A DNA stretch of 64,000 nucleotides, from the NCBI GenBank assembly GCA_965655095.1, contig OZ296650.1, positions 21,824,001 to 21,888,000 on the forward strand, written 5' to 3'. The DNA comes from Haplodiscus bocki. Lineage: Eukaryota. The notes below the pieces were generated by a model, which saw only the letters and a list, made by a program, of their open reading frames with translations, did not search any database and had not been told where the DNA came from. Each line of letters opens with the position of its first letter. The stretch's first letter is position 1. Shown piece after piece: positions 52,465 to 64,000 of the stretch. Both the position numbers and the translations under genes were made by a program.

Positions 52465-55400
52465 TACGTCACTCGAATTTGACTTTCCAGATGTTTAGCC
52501 GGTGCTTCCATGAAAAGTGACCGACTATGGTTGTGGATTTTCCTCACGTATGCAACGAGCTGTTCAGAGTGCACATGTTCTGAACTGATAAAATTCTTTT
52601 CAAACATTAAGTTTTACAGGCCTCTGGCGCATTGCGTTTTCGAAAAAGAAATGGGAAGGAGGTATATATATTCATTTTTTTGGGAAAGCTATTCAAGGAA
52701 AAATTTTGATCTGTTAATGTTCTCAGGAAGTGTATATCATGCAAAAGAGTTCCTCTACTAAATTTTCGGCACTGTGCTTTAAAATTTGAACTATTAATAA
52801 GCGACTTGGGCCGTTCCCGACTATCTAAATTTGCTTTTTTTCTGCAGTAACTCTTGGAAACCTACGTGCTGATTTTGGTTAAGTGAACTCCTGAACCATA
52901 ATTGAGCAATTCTGGAGCCTCATTCTGAAAGCACACTGTTTTTATGAAGAAACGTGAAAAGCAAAAGTTTCTTCGATTTCACGTAATAATTTTATTCGTG
53001 TTGTTTGATTTAAAATTGAGGCATTAGTTGAAAGTTATGACAACTACAATTTTGTTTAATTTTGACCAAATTTGAAGTTTTTCTCCAAAATTTAGTAAAC
53101 TACAAAAATTGCAGCTAAACGCTCAGGTACAATTTTGTCGATTTGAATCTTTACCATAGCATGTAACTCTGACGATTTTTTGGAAAATGAAATCCTTAGA
53201 AATTTACGTTGCTTACTTAGCTGAAGTGAGTTTTCTTACTTTCACTTACAAAAAAATTACCTTTTTTGCAGCTCAGATCTCAGAAAATTATTGAGGCCAA
53301 AAATTTTAGGAGAGACTCAAAACTGTTAAACGGTGCATACTGTGCTTTTCTACCCCGCTTGATCGATGGGATTTTGAATTATTAAAGTATAGATAACAAG
53401 ACATCACAATTTTGGGAGAACGAGCATTTTTAATATCGACGCTGAAGGTGAAAGTTCTATTAAAATGAGGTCGTGTCCGTTTTTTTTCCGATTTGCAATT
53501 GTAGATGTGATGTAAATTAACTGATTTTACATAACGTGCTCTCTTCAACAGTTACATTGTGTGAATCTTTACCGTACCAAGCTGGGCAAATCTTCTTCAC
53601 CGTTTAGAAGGACGAAAATACTCTGAGGGCCAAATAATGGTTTAGGTCAATTTTTCATTTGGGAAATCTTTTATTTGAATATCAATGTCTCCTGCCATAC
53701 TTGTAGAAACGTTGTGACAAAACGTTTGTGTAATTAACACTCGAAAGGTTGCTGTTAGTTGCATTTTTGGATTTTTTTGCCAAAAACATGGAGTCATTTT
53801 TTGACGGTTTCAACACTTATTTTGTAAAATTCGAAGTATGTTGTCTTGGTGCTCACGATTCCAAATCATCTGAATTTTTCATGGAGGCTAAAAGACTTTA
53901 TTCTACGAGATAATAATTTTTGATTCTGGTCCGAGAGGTTTTCGATGGGTCTTTAAATGAAAATCTCGGAAATGGCGATAATTCTGCTGTCAAGTCGATA
54001 CTTAAAAACCATATTTGAAATACTATTCCGTGGCAGGCAAGCCTCCATATTACTTAAATTGTGCGAAGAAATACCAGAAGACTTCTATTGACAACATAAT
54101 ATTTTTTTCTTCCATCTCAAATTTTTTTCCATCTCAGGTTTTCCGATGAAAGAGATAAAGCTGATTTTACTGTTTCGTCGATCTTTAATCTTTTTCGGAA
54201 TACTATATATTGTCAATTTGGACTTCAAACAGACTATATTTTGCAGGGAGATACAAAGACGCCTGTGGTCGGCAATTCAAATCTTAGTTTTTCCAAAAAG
54301 TGTCAATCCGAATAAAACGATCATGTGAAAATTCGAGCTAATTTGGTTATTTTATCGATACTAGATCATTTTGAAGTGCTATTGCTTTGCACCTAGGCTT
54401 TCAAATCTCCTCAATTTTACAAGGAGATACCAAGCATACTCCTATAGATGACATATTAGTTTTAAGTTCCTGTCCGAAATTGTAGTGATAGGTTTTTCTG
54501 CGGAAAACTCTTGGAAAAATTGAGCTGATTTGACATTATCTCTTTGCAATTGCTATATTTTTTTTAACAAAAGTTTTATGTAGAGATGTTTTTATCGACG
54601 ACCATTTAATTTTTCGTTCTAATCTACCATTTTCTTGGAACGTTTTTCTGCGGAACTTTGTTGAAATTCTAGTTCTTATGGCTATTTTACTTTTACTTTA
54701 GAGCTTTCTACATAATAAAACATTTTGCTGCAATCGTCAAGCCCCAAAAGAGGCTAGTTTCAACGAGAATGATATTTGGGACGAGAATGAAATCTGCATA
54801 CAAAAATGGTGAAAAATGACCAAAAATGGGGGTCTCAAACTCCTTGAATATTGGTCCGATTTTCACCATACAAAAACTTTGTCCTCTTATCAAAACTAGT
54901 AGAAACTTGTTTTGTTCTACTTTTCTAAATCTCTTCGTTTTTGAGATTCTGAGCGTCAAAATGGCCATTTTTGCGCTGGAATTCACTTCATTACAATCAC
55001 CACTGTACACCTTTAATAAATTGCTTTTAATCTCCCTCACTGTTGGAACAAACTGAATAATATCAGGAGAGAACTTATGGAGCACCCATGTACATGTTTA
55101 GATGCCTCGTTTTATTTAAAGGAGATCAAGAATTTTGAAAGAATCCTTCATATATTTTTCCACAAGCATAAAATCGGCCAAAAGTTGAAAATTTAAATTT
55201 GATCTGATCACAATGCAGTCAGGTAACCATGCATCCAAAGTCTCAAAATTGATTTTTAGTGGTGTCGACAAATTGCTTGTCTTGCGTTGATAGGATACAA
55301 TCAAGCTCAGAATCAGAAATTTTGAATTTTCCGTGTTTTTTGAACCTAACAAAATCATTTAAATGAAACCGGTCCAAATTTTTGGATTAATACTAACAAA

Positions 55401-56133
55401 GCGCTTCGCAGCGCTGCGATTATTTCTGTCGACGGTGGGTAAGAAATAGCTCTAAAATGAAATGGCTGAAAATTTCAGCATAGGCACCCTAAGGTGCGCA
55501 GATGCCCGTTCTTAGCACAGTAAGTACAATTGTAGACAAAAATTGCTATTTCCAAAACTCATTTCTACGTGTTTAAAGGAACATTTTTGGCGATTTTTGT
55601 GAAAAAAAACTAGAAATTTAGAATTTTGTTCGGACTCTGCCTGAAAAAAATTTCAGCAGCGTTGTCAAAACTATTCTATGTGTCCAGAAGAACATTTCAG
55701 TAAAAAAATATAAATTTCTAGTTTTTTCGGATTTTGAGCAAAAATTTTTCGGCAGGGTTCTCAAAACTGCATTCTACGAATCCCGAGGAACATTTTGGGG
55801 AATTTTTTTTGGAAAAATTGGCAGTTGACGCAGCCGAAATTGGCAAATCACGGAGAAAAATGTCTACTACATACTGGGGGAATGATTTTCCGTAAGACTG
55901 AAATTAACAAGAGGCACAGCAATACTACCATACTTTCCGTCGCCAAGCGATCACTAGAGATTACTCAGCATAGGCCCCTATTTACGGTTGAATTATTATT
56001 TCGTTAAAAATTTGATAGCTCTGTTGAAAAATAGGTGAAGACTCCAGTCTTAAAATGCACAAAGAAGAGCTTTCTAGGAGCATTCCTAAAAAAGAAGTAT
56101 TCCTACTCCATCGAAATTTTGTCGAATTTTTTA

Positions 56134-56587
56134 AACACAATCTGACTGAAAGGAAGAGCGTGTCTTGCAAACCGGCGTATGCTTATTTTTTTATCCTCTC
56201 CCAAACTTGCATTTTCTTGCGTCATTAGACAGTCTTGTCATCTAGTGTAAATGGTCAAGAATGGCCTCTTTTTGACATGCACTTGTTCATTTTCGAGGTG
56301 TTTACTTTGTCAATAAATCTTCTTAACATTTGGGCTGCATAATGGCGATTCTAAGAAAACATACAGTTACTGACAGATCAAATTTTTGAGTAGTTGACAC
56401 TGTGGCCGGTACTTGTCTTAATTCGATGTTTCAAACTAGTTTTTGATAGACATCTGCAGTCTTTCTAAAATGTCAATCGTGTATCCGATCAAGGTTCAAA
56501 TGTCTCAGGACCTTCGATGTTTAAACATCCTCTTTGATTTTAACTGACAAGTCAGAAGGTGTTACGAAATTCTGCTTCGCCTCTGTT
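56134..56587 (+). repeat. Abundant ~450-600 bp interspersed repeat family A (representative copy)
   Basis: Starts ACACAATCTGACTGAAAGGAAGA, has the core ACTTGCATTTT..CATCAGAGAGTCTAGTCATCTAGTGTAAA, and ends in a hairpin + CTCTGTGT. Other full or partial copies at about 600-1156, 4420-4951, 14420-14731, 31280-31640, 35430-35800, 36190-36491, 47755-47975 + 49080-49399 and 56890-57000. Confidence 0.85.
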
Positions 56588-58019
56588 TTTAATTTTATTC
56601 GGTACTTTTAAATTATGTAGCGTTCCAGCTAGTATAGTAACTACGATTTTTTTCATCATGTATTCGACGAAAATAAAGACTTTTTCGAGTACTAACAAAA
56701 GAAGAGTGGTCATGACAAAGAGTCATGCATTACTATTAACGAGTACAACCAGTACAGAAAGCATATAAGTTTTTAAAAACGTCAAATTTTGAAAACGAAA
56801 AATTTCGCGACAATTATGGTTTGTTGGACAACCTTTGCCTCAACAAAAGTTTTTGAAAACCATAATTTTTCAGAATAACTGCGGTAATGTGGTACAGTAT
56901 TTCTAAAAGTTTCAATCATGTATCCGATCAAGGTTCAAATGTCTCTCAGGACCGTTGATATGTAAACTTTATCTTTGATTTAAACTGACAAGTCATCATA
57001 TGCGCTCGAAAAAGTGTATTCAATGAAACATCAACGTAGCGGAAATTTGAAAAGCATTGTGTGACTGTACTCAGACTGGAACCCAGATCTTTGCTCTCAC
57101 TGAATTTCTCTGAGGCTATGCTGAAGCCAAGTCAAATGAGTAACTCACGTTTGTTTGTCAAGAATGCCTTCCAATGAATTGGCAGAATTGAAAAAATGAA
57201 AAGTAAAGCAGGCTACTGAGTTGAAGAGTTTCTTTTTGTATTAAATTGAAACGGAACTAATTAAGTATTGATCCAGCCTTGATATAATCGATATGAATAA
57301 AATCAATGAAAAGTTACCTCAATGTGAAATTTATTAGTTCGAGGTAAATTTGCTTGAAAATCAGAATTGAATGGTTTATTTCATCAAAATCGGACGAAAA
57401 AATGTTGGAGGCTACCAACTTTAGGCGTTTTTTGTTTATTTTGAAGATAGACTGAATGGACGCATAATCTGGATTTAATGGGTTCAAATGTATCTTTACA
57501 ATCCACCCGATGCCATGATACGCAAATTTGACCCAAATTTCATTTTCCTTTTCAACGCTCGTTCTTCCAAGATTGTGCTGTCTTGCTTTCCATGCAGTAA
57601 AACTGAAAAATCTTGACCGTCCCAGAATGTATCAAGACTACCATGTGCATCGTTCTACAGTTGAGAATCTCTCCTAGAACTTTTGATTTTAATAGTTGTT
57701 TGGGATTTGAACTCTGAAAACGATGGTCTTCCATTTCATGACTCAAAGTATAAAAAACTCACTTCAATTTGAAGACTAAACCCTTCTAAAGGTCAATGGT
57801 TTTGGAGAGCTTCAAAAACTAAACGTAAACGAGAAATATAGTCAAACCAATTATATTTGAAAGTTGTTCGGTATATATAGTCGGCGTTTTGAAAAAAGCC
57901 GACTATTACAGTGACTATTTCCTTCTCACTTCGAATCGACCCAGTCTTCAGTAATTTTTTTGTCTAAAATTGCAAAATCCTACCAAAACTGCTACCAACG
58001 CACTCGCAAAAATTTTACA

Positions 58020-58610
58020 TCACCATTGGCGGAAAATCAAGGGTGTACACTGAACTTCTTAAGTATTGGCGGAAATTCGAGTTATTACTGAACTTCTCTG
58101 TCTGTTAACTTCTATTCTCTTCCAAATTAAAAACCATGGTGTCGAAAGACTAATTGTAGTATCTGGTTTTCCGTTGAAGGTCCGCCACTCGAGTTTTTGC
58201 CAATTAGGTCTGCCAATTCCCGAATGTTGGCGGATAATGGAGAGTTAACTGAATTTCTCTTTTAGTATATTGAGTTTTCTTCCAAAACAGAAACTATGGT
58301 TTCAAAAAAAATTCTATTGCCATATGTTCCCTCGAATAAGCGCGACTCGGATTTCATCCAAGTAGGTTTGCCAATTCGCGAATTTTGGCGGAAAATCTAG
58401 AGTAATGAGTTTCTTTTTTGGTATACTTAGTTTTCAAAACAGAAAAAATATTTGTACCTGGTGTTCCCTGGAATACCCGCGACTCAATTTTCCACCAATT
58501 AGGTCTGCCACCGCGCGGATGCTGGTGGATAATCGAGAGTTTACTGAATTTCTCTTTTAATGTTCTGAGCTTTCTTCCAAAACAGAAACTATGCTTTCGG
58601 GAAAACATTA
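58020..58610 (+). repeat. Degenerate tandem array (TTGGCGGA..GAGTT.ACTGAATTTCTC..TTCCAAAACAGAAACTATG)
   Basis: The motif recurs at about 58026, 58066, 58227, 58385 and 58523. Confidence 0.75.
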
Positions 58611-61209
58611 TACCAAAAAATTACCAAAGTACAATTCTTTTCAAACATCAAAGGCAACTCCGTCCTTTGAGTATTTTGAGCCATATGAGTGGCGCAGCTC
58701 TGGCCATTCTTGTTTGTGGTTGCTTAGGATTAGCTTCTCGAGGAAAACTTCAACTTTGGCCAAGAAGCCGAGAATGGTCCAAGTCGGCGACGCACGTCAG
58801 GCGAAATATCAATGGGGGGTCCGTTGTTTTTTTTTGAAAAATTATGACCTTTCCCACAAAAATTTGCTATAATCTAATTTTTTCCTGGAAACTTGGTCTC
58901 AGAGCGGCAAAAATTGATAGAGGCACTCTTTGTTACAATATTTCTTGCCTGAGGAAGTCATTTATTTTGAAATTATTGGTATTTGACTTTGCAAAAAAGT
59001 TCTTTTTATATGTATCACGAAGGTCCAAAATTTTGTTGATAACGCTATCTATATTCACGTTTTCTTTACAGTTTGTGCTTGTTAGGAGTAGTATATTGGC
59101 CGCTCTTAAATACCACTCTTTTTTTGCTAGTGGACAAAATCGCGTCTTCATTTTCGTCGGAAATAAGGGGAAAAAATAGCCACTGTAATTGTGGGGCACT
59201 TTTACTTAATTGTAAAGCGCCAACTAAAAATAGCCAAAGTCAGGGGTATTCTTTTATAGCTTTCATCTATTCATAACTTGTATTTATTGGTCCGGTTTTA
59301 AAACCAAAAGAACTTATAAAATGTAAGAAACTTTTTTAAACTGTTTTCTCGTAAAACCGGTGTGCTTTGAGAAAATGAGCTCCCAACTTGCTGAGTTATG
59401 GCTCTGGAGTTTACCTAATTAAAATCAGTATTTTGTTTCTCAAAGGAATTTTTTATTTACTACCTGTTTCAGTAACCCCCAAATGATGTGATTGCTGTGA
59501 AGGTCGCAATCGGACAACTGGCCGAGAACTCCCATCATAAAAGAAGCTAAATGCATACATGTGTAGCTAATTCATAGCTAGTTGGACAATCAAATATCAA
59601 ATTAATTATGAACCAATTATCAACTGACCCGTGCCTTTGTCTTCCATGAAACTTCTTCCAAAGTTGTATTTCTAGATTCTTGTAGATTTTTAATTCTGAG
59701 TTAGTGATCTAGGTGACACATAGAAAACAGTAAGCATTATTACTTATCCGACTGACTTTAACAGGCTTTAACTTAGCGTTAAACTGAAACCTGTGCTTTT
59801 TTTATAGTGGTTTCTCGGTCTATTGCTGGAACTGTGTCTACTAGTGATGCAAAGTTGTTTATACATGTAGTGTTTTGGATGAAATGGCCTTAATGTTATT
59901 GAATCTGTGCTCAATTGTTTGTAGATTTCGTATTATATGCAAACATTGATCTTTAGCAGAGTCTTGTATGTGCTCAATTTTATTTAGCGAGGCTGCGCTT
60001 ACCAGCGTTGTTTCAACGTATCATTGTGGTTTCTCTTGATCCAGTGATTCAAAATATTAAACATATTTTTGCTCAGTATAAGCCAACGATAGACGTTTCG
60101 ATTGCAATTCATGAGTCCGGAAATATAATTTAATTCCCATAAGTCCGAAAGCTTTGTTGCTGTCAGCACTGAAACCAGAGCGTTTGGCACCCCATCATAG
60201 ACCGTACGCAAACTGCGCGGTGGTACGCGTGTCCTGGCTACGCCCTACTTAATAGGGAGCTGGCAAGTGGAATTTATTATGTTTTTGATTTTCGCATTCA
60301 TGGGAATTAAAATTCAATTTCGTACTCATGGTCTTGCCGACTCGTGGGATGAAACCGACTTTTCTGGTGCTTTTGTGTTGATTAGACATGCAAGTTGCTT
60401 TCGAGTTCCTGTGAAATAAAAGCTTCAAATAGTCATCACCTGGAACGATTTCAAATTGATTATTAATAATTTTGAAATACCATTCAATGAAGCATATGCT
60501 GATTTAAATTGAAATATTTTTTGCAGTTGTTTCTGCAATCACTATAGATGCTGCGAACAGAGAAAAAATAAATATTATTATTTTCCGCCTATGGAAAGAA
60601 AATCTTTCTCGCTGCGTGCGTTTTTTTACGTTTACTCGCCAATTGCACAATTCTGGCAAAGTGCGCGAGTTCCAACGTTGGGCTTCTAGTTAGAAATGCT
60701 TTCTGTGAGTGATTGACCAATAAAGATAGACGAGCCGGGGTTGTGACGTAGAACAACTACATGTAAGTCGGCGCTGGTCATCGGTGATTTCCTCGCTCAC
60801 TCTTTCCAGTCGGTGTTTTGTGAAGTAAAATGCGCGACCATTATATTAGCCTGGCTCTATTTCTTCAGCTTCACTCCTAAAGGATAAGTTTTTGGGAAAA
60901 TAATTATATTCTTGTCTCTGTGGTATCATCATGGCCTAGTGGTAAAAAAGGGGGGTATCTCCTGCTGTTAACTCCACCCCCGCCCACCAGTAGTAAGGAG
61001 AATTTTGACTCCCCGCCCACCTCCCCCCACGCATAAACGAACTCTTCTCTGATTTGCTAAAATTCACTCGCGCGTGCGTTGAACCATTACGCTTATTACA
61101 TGGCATATCCTTTATGGTGTGGGCGAGGGGGAGAGACTTGACAGAAACTACAGGTCATAAATTCGAATCCTAGTGTAAGCAACTACAATACCAAAAAATA
61201 TACCTACAA

Positions 61210-62028
61210 CAGAGGGGTGTTTCGCTAATGAAAAATCGCTATTTGCTAATGCCGCTAATGGAATAATCGCTATTAGCTAGTTACCGCTACTCGCAATCGC
61301 TAATTAATCGCTAAAATCGCTACTGCTTGTGAACAATGGCATCATCAAGTATTCTAAGGTATACTTGATTTTAAAAAGAGAAATTAACCTAGATGATCTT
61401 CTAGAGATATCTTGCAAGGTTCTTAAAAGAAAGGCTGGCATCAGAAAATACTTGCAAGAATCTTACAACAACAGAGTTATATTGCAAGTACAGAAAAACC
61501 TTGCAAGTTTGTTGAGAGAATCTTGCAAGGAAACGTCTGATCTGCTCAACAGACATTTCATGCAAAAGAAGTGGACAAATCAGAAGTCTCTTGCAAGAAT
61601 CGTCCGAGGCTTTGCATTTCTAGCAGTTTTTGGCAAGATTCCTGGAATTTTCTGCAGGAATAATGCATTATCTTGCAAGAAACTTCGAAGGGTTTTACAA
61701 GTTTTGTCTGATAGTTTACCCTGGGTAATACCACTAAAACGAAATTGCTTTGCAATTTAAAAGGAATCAGCCACACAAAAATGCGTCCCCAAAGTTAGCA
61801 GACTTCTTTCTTTGCGTTGCAAGTATGTTATCCGAACGACAAGCTTCTGACAAACTTTCAACCGTTTGGAATACTGGAATGCTTTCCAGAATGGACGGAG
61901 AGTTTCGAAATTCCAAAACCCGCTAATAGCGCCGCTAATACTTATTTTATTGGCTAATAGCGATCGCTATTAGCAGCTGATAAATTCCCGTTAATAGCGT
62001 CGCTACCGCTATCGTTAACACACCTCTG
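61210..62028. mobile_element. Non-autonomous hAT-like DNA transposon with a nested CTTGCAAG-repeat element (about 61380-61727)
   Basis: Perfect 8-bp TSD ACCTACAA (61202-61209 / 62029-62036), TIRs CAGAGGGGTGTT / AACACACCTCTG, and clustered subterminal CGCTA motifs at both ends. Confidence 0.88.
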
Positions 62029-64000
62029 ACCTACAACCTACCTATTTGAAAAAATTTTGGACCTAAAGTACAAAATTTTTCGTGATACCCCACAAATGTA
62101 CACCATTTTTCCCACCATTCAAAACCTCCCCATCTTGAAGTATGTTGAGCCTTACGGGATTTTTCAGCTCAGCAATTGTTGAGGTTATTGAATAATCGTT
62201 TAAGCGGCGTCACTGATCCAGGTAGTTTTTCTGCTGAGTTATGGTTATTTTCGTTCTAAAAAATTCTCGGTAGATCTTTCAAGCGACAGTTTTTCTAGAG
62301 TAATCGAAAGTAGAAAGATAGCCATTCAAAATAGCAGAATTGTAATTTCACGTTGAACGAAATATGTTGCTGGAAATCGGTTAAAAATATGCGATTTTAC
62401 AATTTAGACGGAGATAATGTTGAATCAACTAAAGCGATACAAACAGCTTTTTATTGTCGATTATGGCGGTTGTCGAACTTACCACTTGCTTCCGGTTCTT
62501 TCACAGCTTCCGATCCAAACGATGAAAGGACGGCTGGCCAATTGCATTATAGTGAGCTGGTTATCGTGATTTTAATTGAGTATTGTGTCACTGCAAAAAA
62601 ATCGGTACAACATCTATTGCTTGTCTTTTTCTGTATGATGAGAGGAACTGGTTATTTATGCAATGTTTGCCCCGCGAATGTGAAGTGATAGTCACACTAC
62701 TTTGACAGTTCGAAGTGTTCTTAAATTGCGTGACATCGCATGTCATTCTTATCAAAAATGAGCGACTGGAAATTTTCCGAGAATGGGCGCAGAAATGAAA
62801 TGATTGATCTAACGTACAAATCACTTTCACGAAGAAACCCGTTTTTGACAAAAACTTCTAGATGCAGATATTGAAGGTAGAAATAAAGCCGGCAGCTTTA
62901 GAGATTTATGAGTTTGAAAATCGATTAGTTAGCAATATATTTTTTGAAATTTTTAGTATTTTCGGCGTATTAAGATTCCAGTCTAAGGAGTAAAATCAAA
63001 GACTGTACAGTCTGAGAGTCCTATATTTGTATAACAGCATCAATTCAGATCTTGATAGAAGAATTCAGAGCTGTAGTTTTCGAAAAGGATGTTTTGAAAT
63101 ATCAAGATGTCTATACTGATAGCTCTTTCCACTTTTGTCACATCAGGTTTTCGATTCTGACACAGAAAACAATTTTAATGATTTTCAAAAACGAATAGTC
63201 CTAAAGTAGAGAACCTTCGATTGACTAAAAGGCCTTCGATTGACACCTCGATGGAAAGGGGAGGCAAGTAAAGCTGAGGGTGTTTCAATGTCGAGGTATG
63301 TCAACACATAGCAATTTCTGGTCCATCGGGATTCCATTGCTTGAACAAAGTCAAAGATCAATAAATCGGAACCTCCGCCACAAGTATACAGCTTTATATG
63401 GAGGCATTGAAGCAAATAACGTCAGGACTTCGGGAGTTAAATTTTGAGTTTGCTTATCGAAAAAAAAAGTCAAAACTGATAGAATCTTTTGACATCTCGA
63501 GCTAACAAAAACCGAACGTAAGGGAAAAAATCATAGAATTTCTATTCCGGAATTCTTCTAAAGTAAAAACATCGATTGCGACGTTGTTGTTAGAAATCTA
63601 GTTGGTAGTTCTGGAGAAACAGGAGTTTGAAAACCGAAACAAGTCAAAGCTAAAATCTTCACCGGTTTCTTTGGGATTGTTTAGGTTTCGATGCAAGGAA
63701 CAGAATCAATCGTTTTCAAATCGTGTAGTTCACCAGAATCAGAAAAATTTTGATGGAGACCTTGATGCAAGAAATCATGTCGGCACTGTTGGAGAAATAT
63801 GAGCCTGTACGTCACAAAAATGTCGAAACGGGTAATATATCTTTAGCATTTTCAGGATACCAAAATTCCAACGCAAGGAACAAACTCCGATTTTTCGATC
63901 GGAAGCTTCTAACTGTGAAGATATCACTATTAACGATTCCTTGCTGAAAGAAAGGTAGCTTGTAGTTTCTCAGAAATAGGAGTTTGAAATTAGTGTTAAA

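Noticed and set aside
58020-58610. CRISPR-like repeat/spacer pattern (also 25805-26340)
   Set aside because: Eukaryotic context, degenerate repeats, homologous rather than unique spacers, and no cas genes.
60919-62094. Solo LTR (TGTGGTAT...ATACCCCACA)
   Set aside because: No TSD (GTCTC vs AATGT), and homology with the 2469-2855 copy continues past the apparent end.

Overview
AT-rich animal (invertebrate-like) nuclear DNA with spliceosomal introns; the species cannot be determined from the sequence. Four protein-coding genes are supported, all on the + strand. (1) RBBP5, 7 coding exons, 1633-10002, whose first intron is GC-AG. (2) A very divergent ABCA-subfamily transporter, about 2,420-2,435 aa, 10583-24320: six small 5' exons, then one 6.2-kb exon, with both ATPase domains degenerate and a basic repeat tail. 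(3) An intronless fem-1 homolog, 28581-30857. (4) A synaptophysin-family gene, 6 exons, 33815-52464. Its 12.8-kb third intron holds an old full-length BEL/Pao LTR retrotransposon (37330-46904), itself interrupted by a hAT-like element, and its fourth intron holds an orphan J-domain ORF. The rest is dense in decayed non-autonomous elements (hAT-like elements, MITEs, hairpin-ended Helitron/Helentron-like families). The most notable signal is a tRNA-like Pol III (A-box/B-box) module at the same position in both LTRs of the BEL/Pao element, with similar modules in several other repeat families. Also notable: every gene has a splice-acceptor-like site just upstream of its start codon. All gene models and alignments were made by eye; family motifs are quoted from recall, not from database searches.
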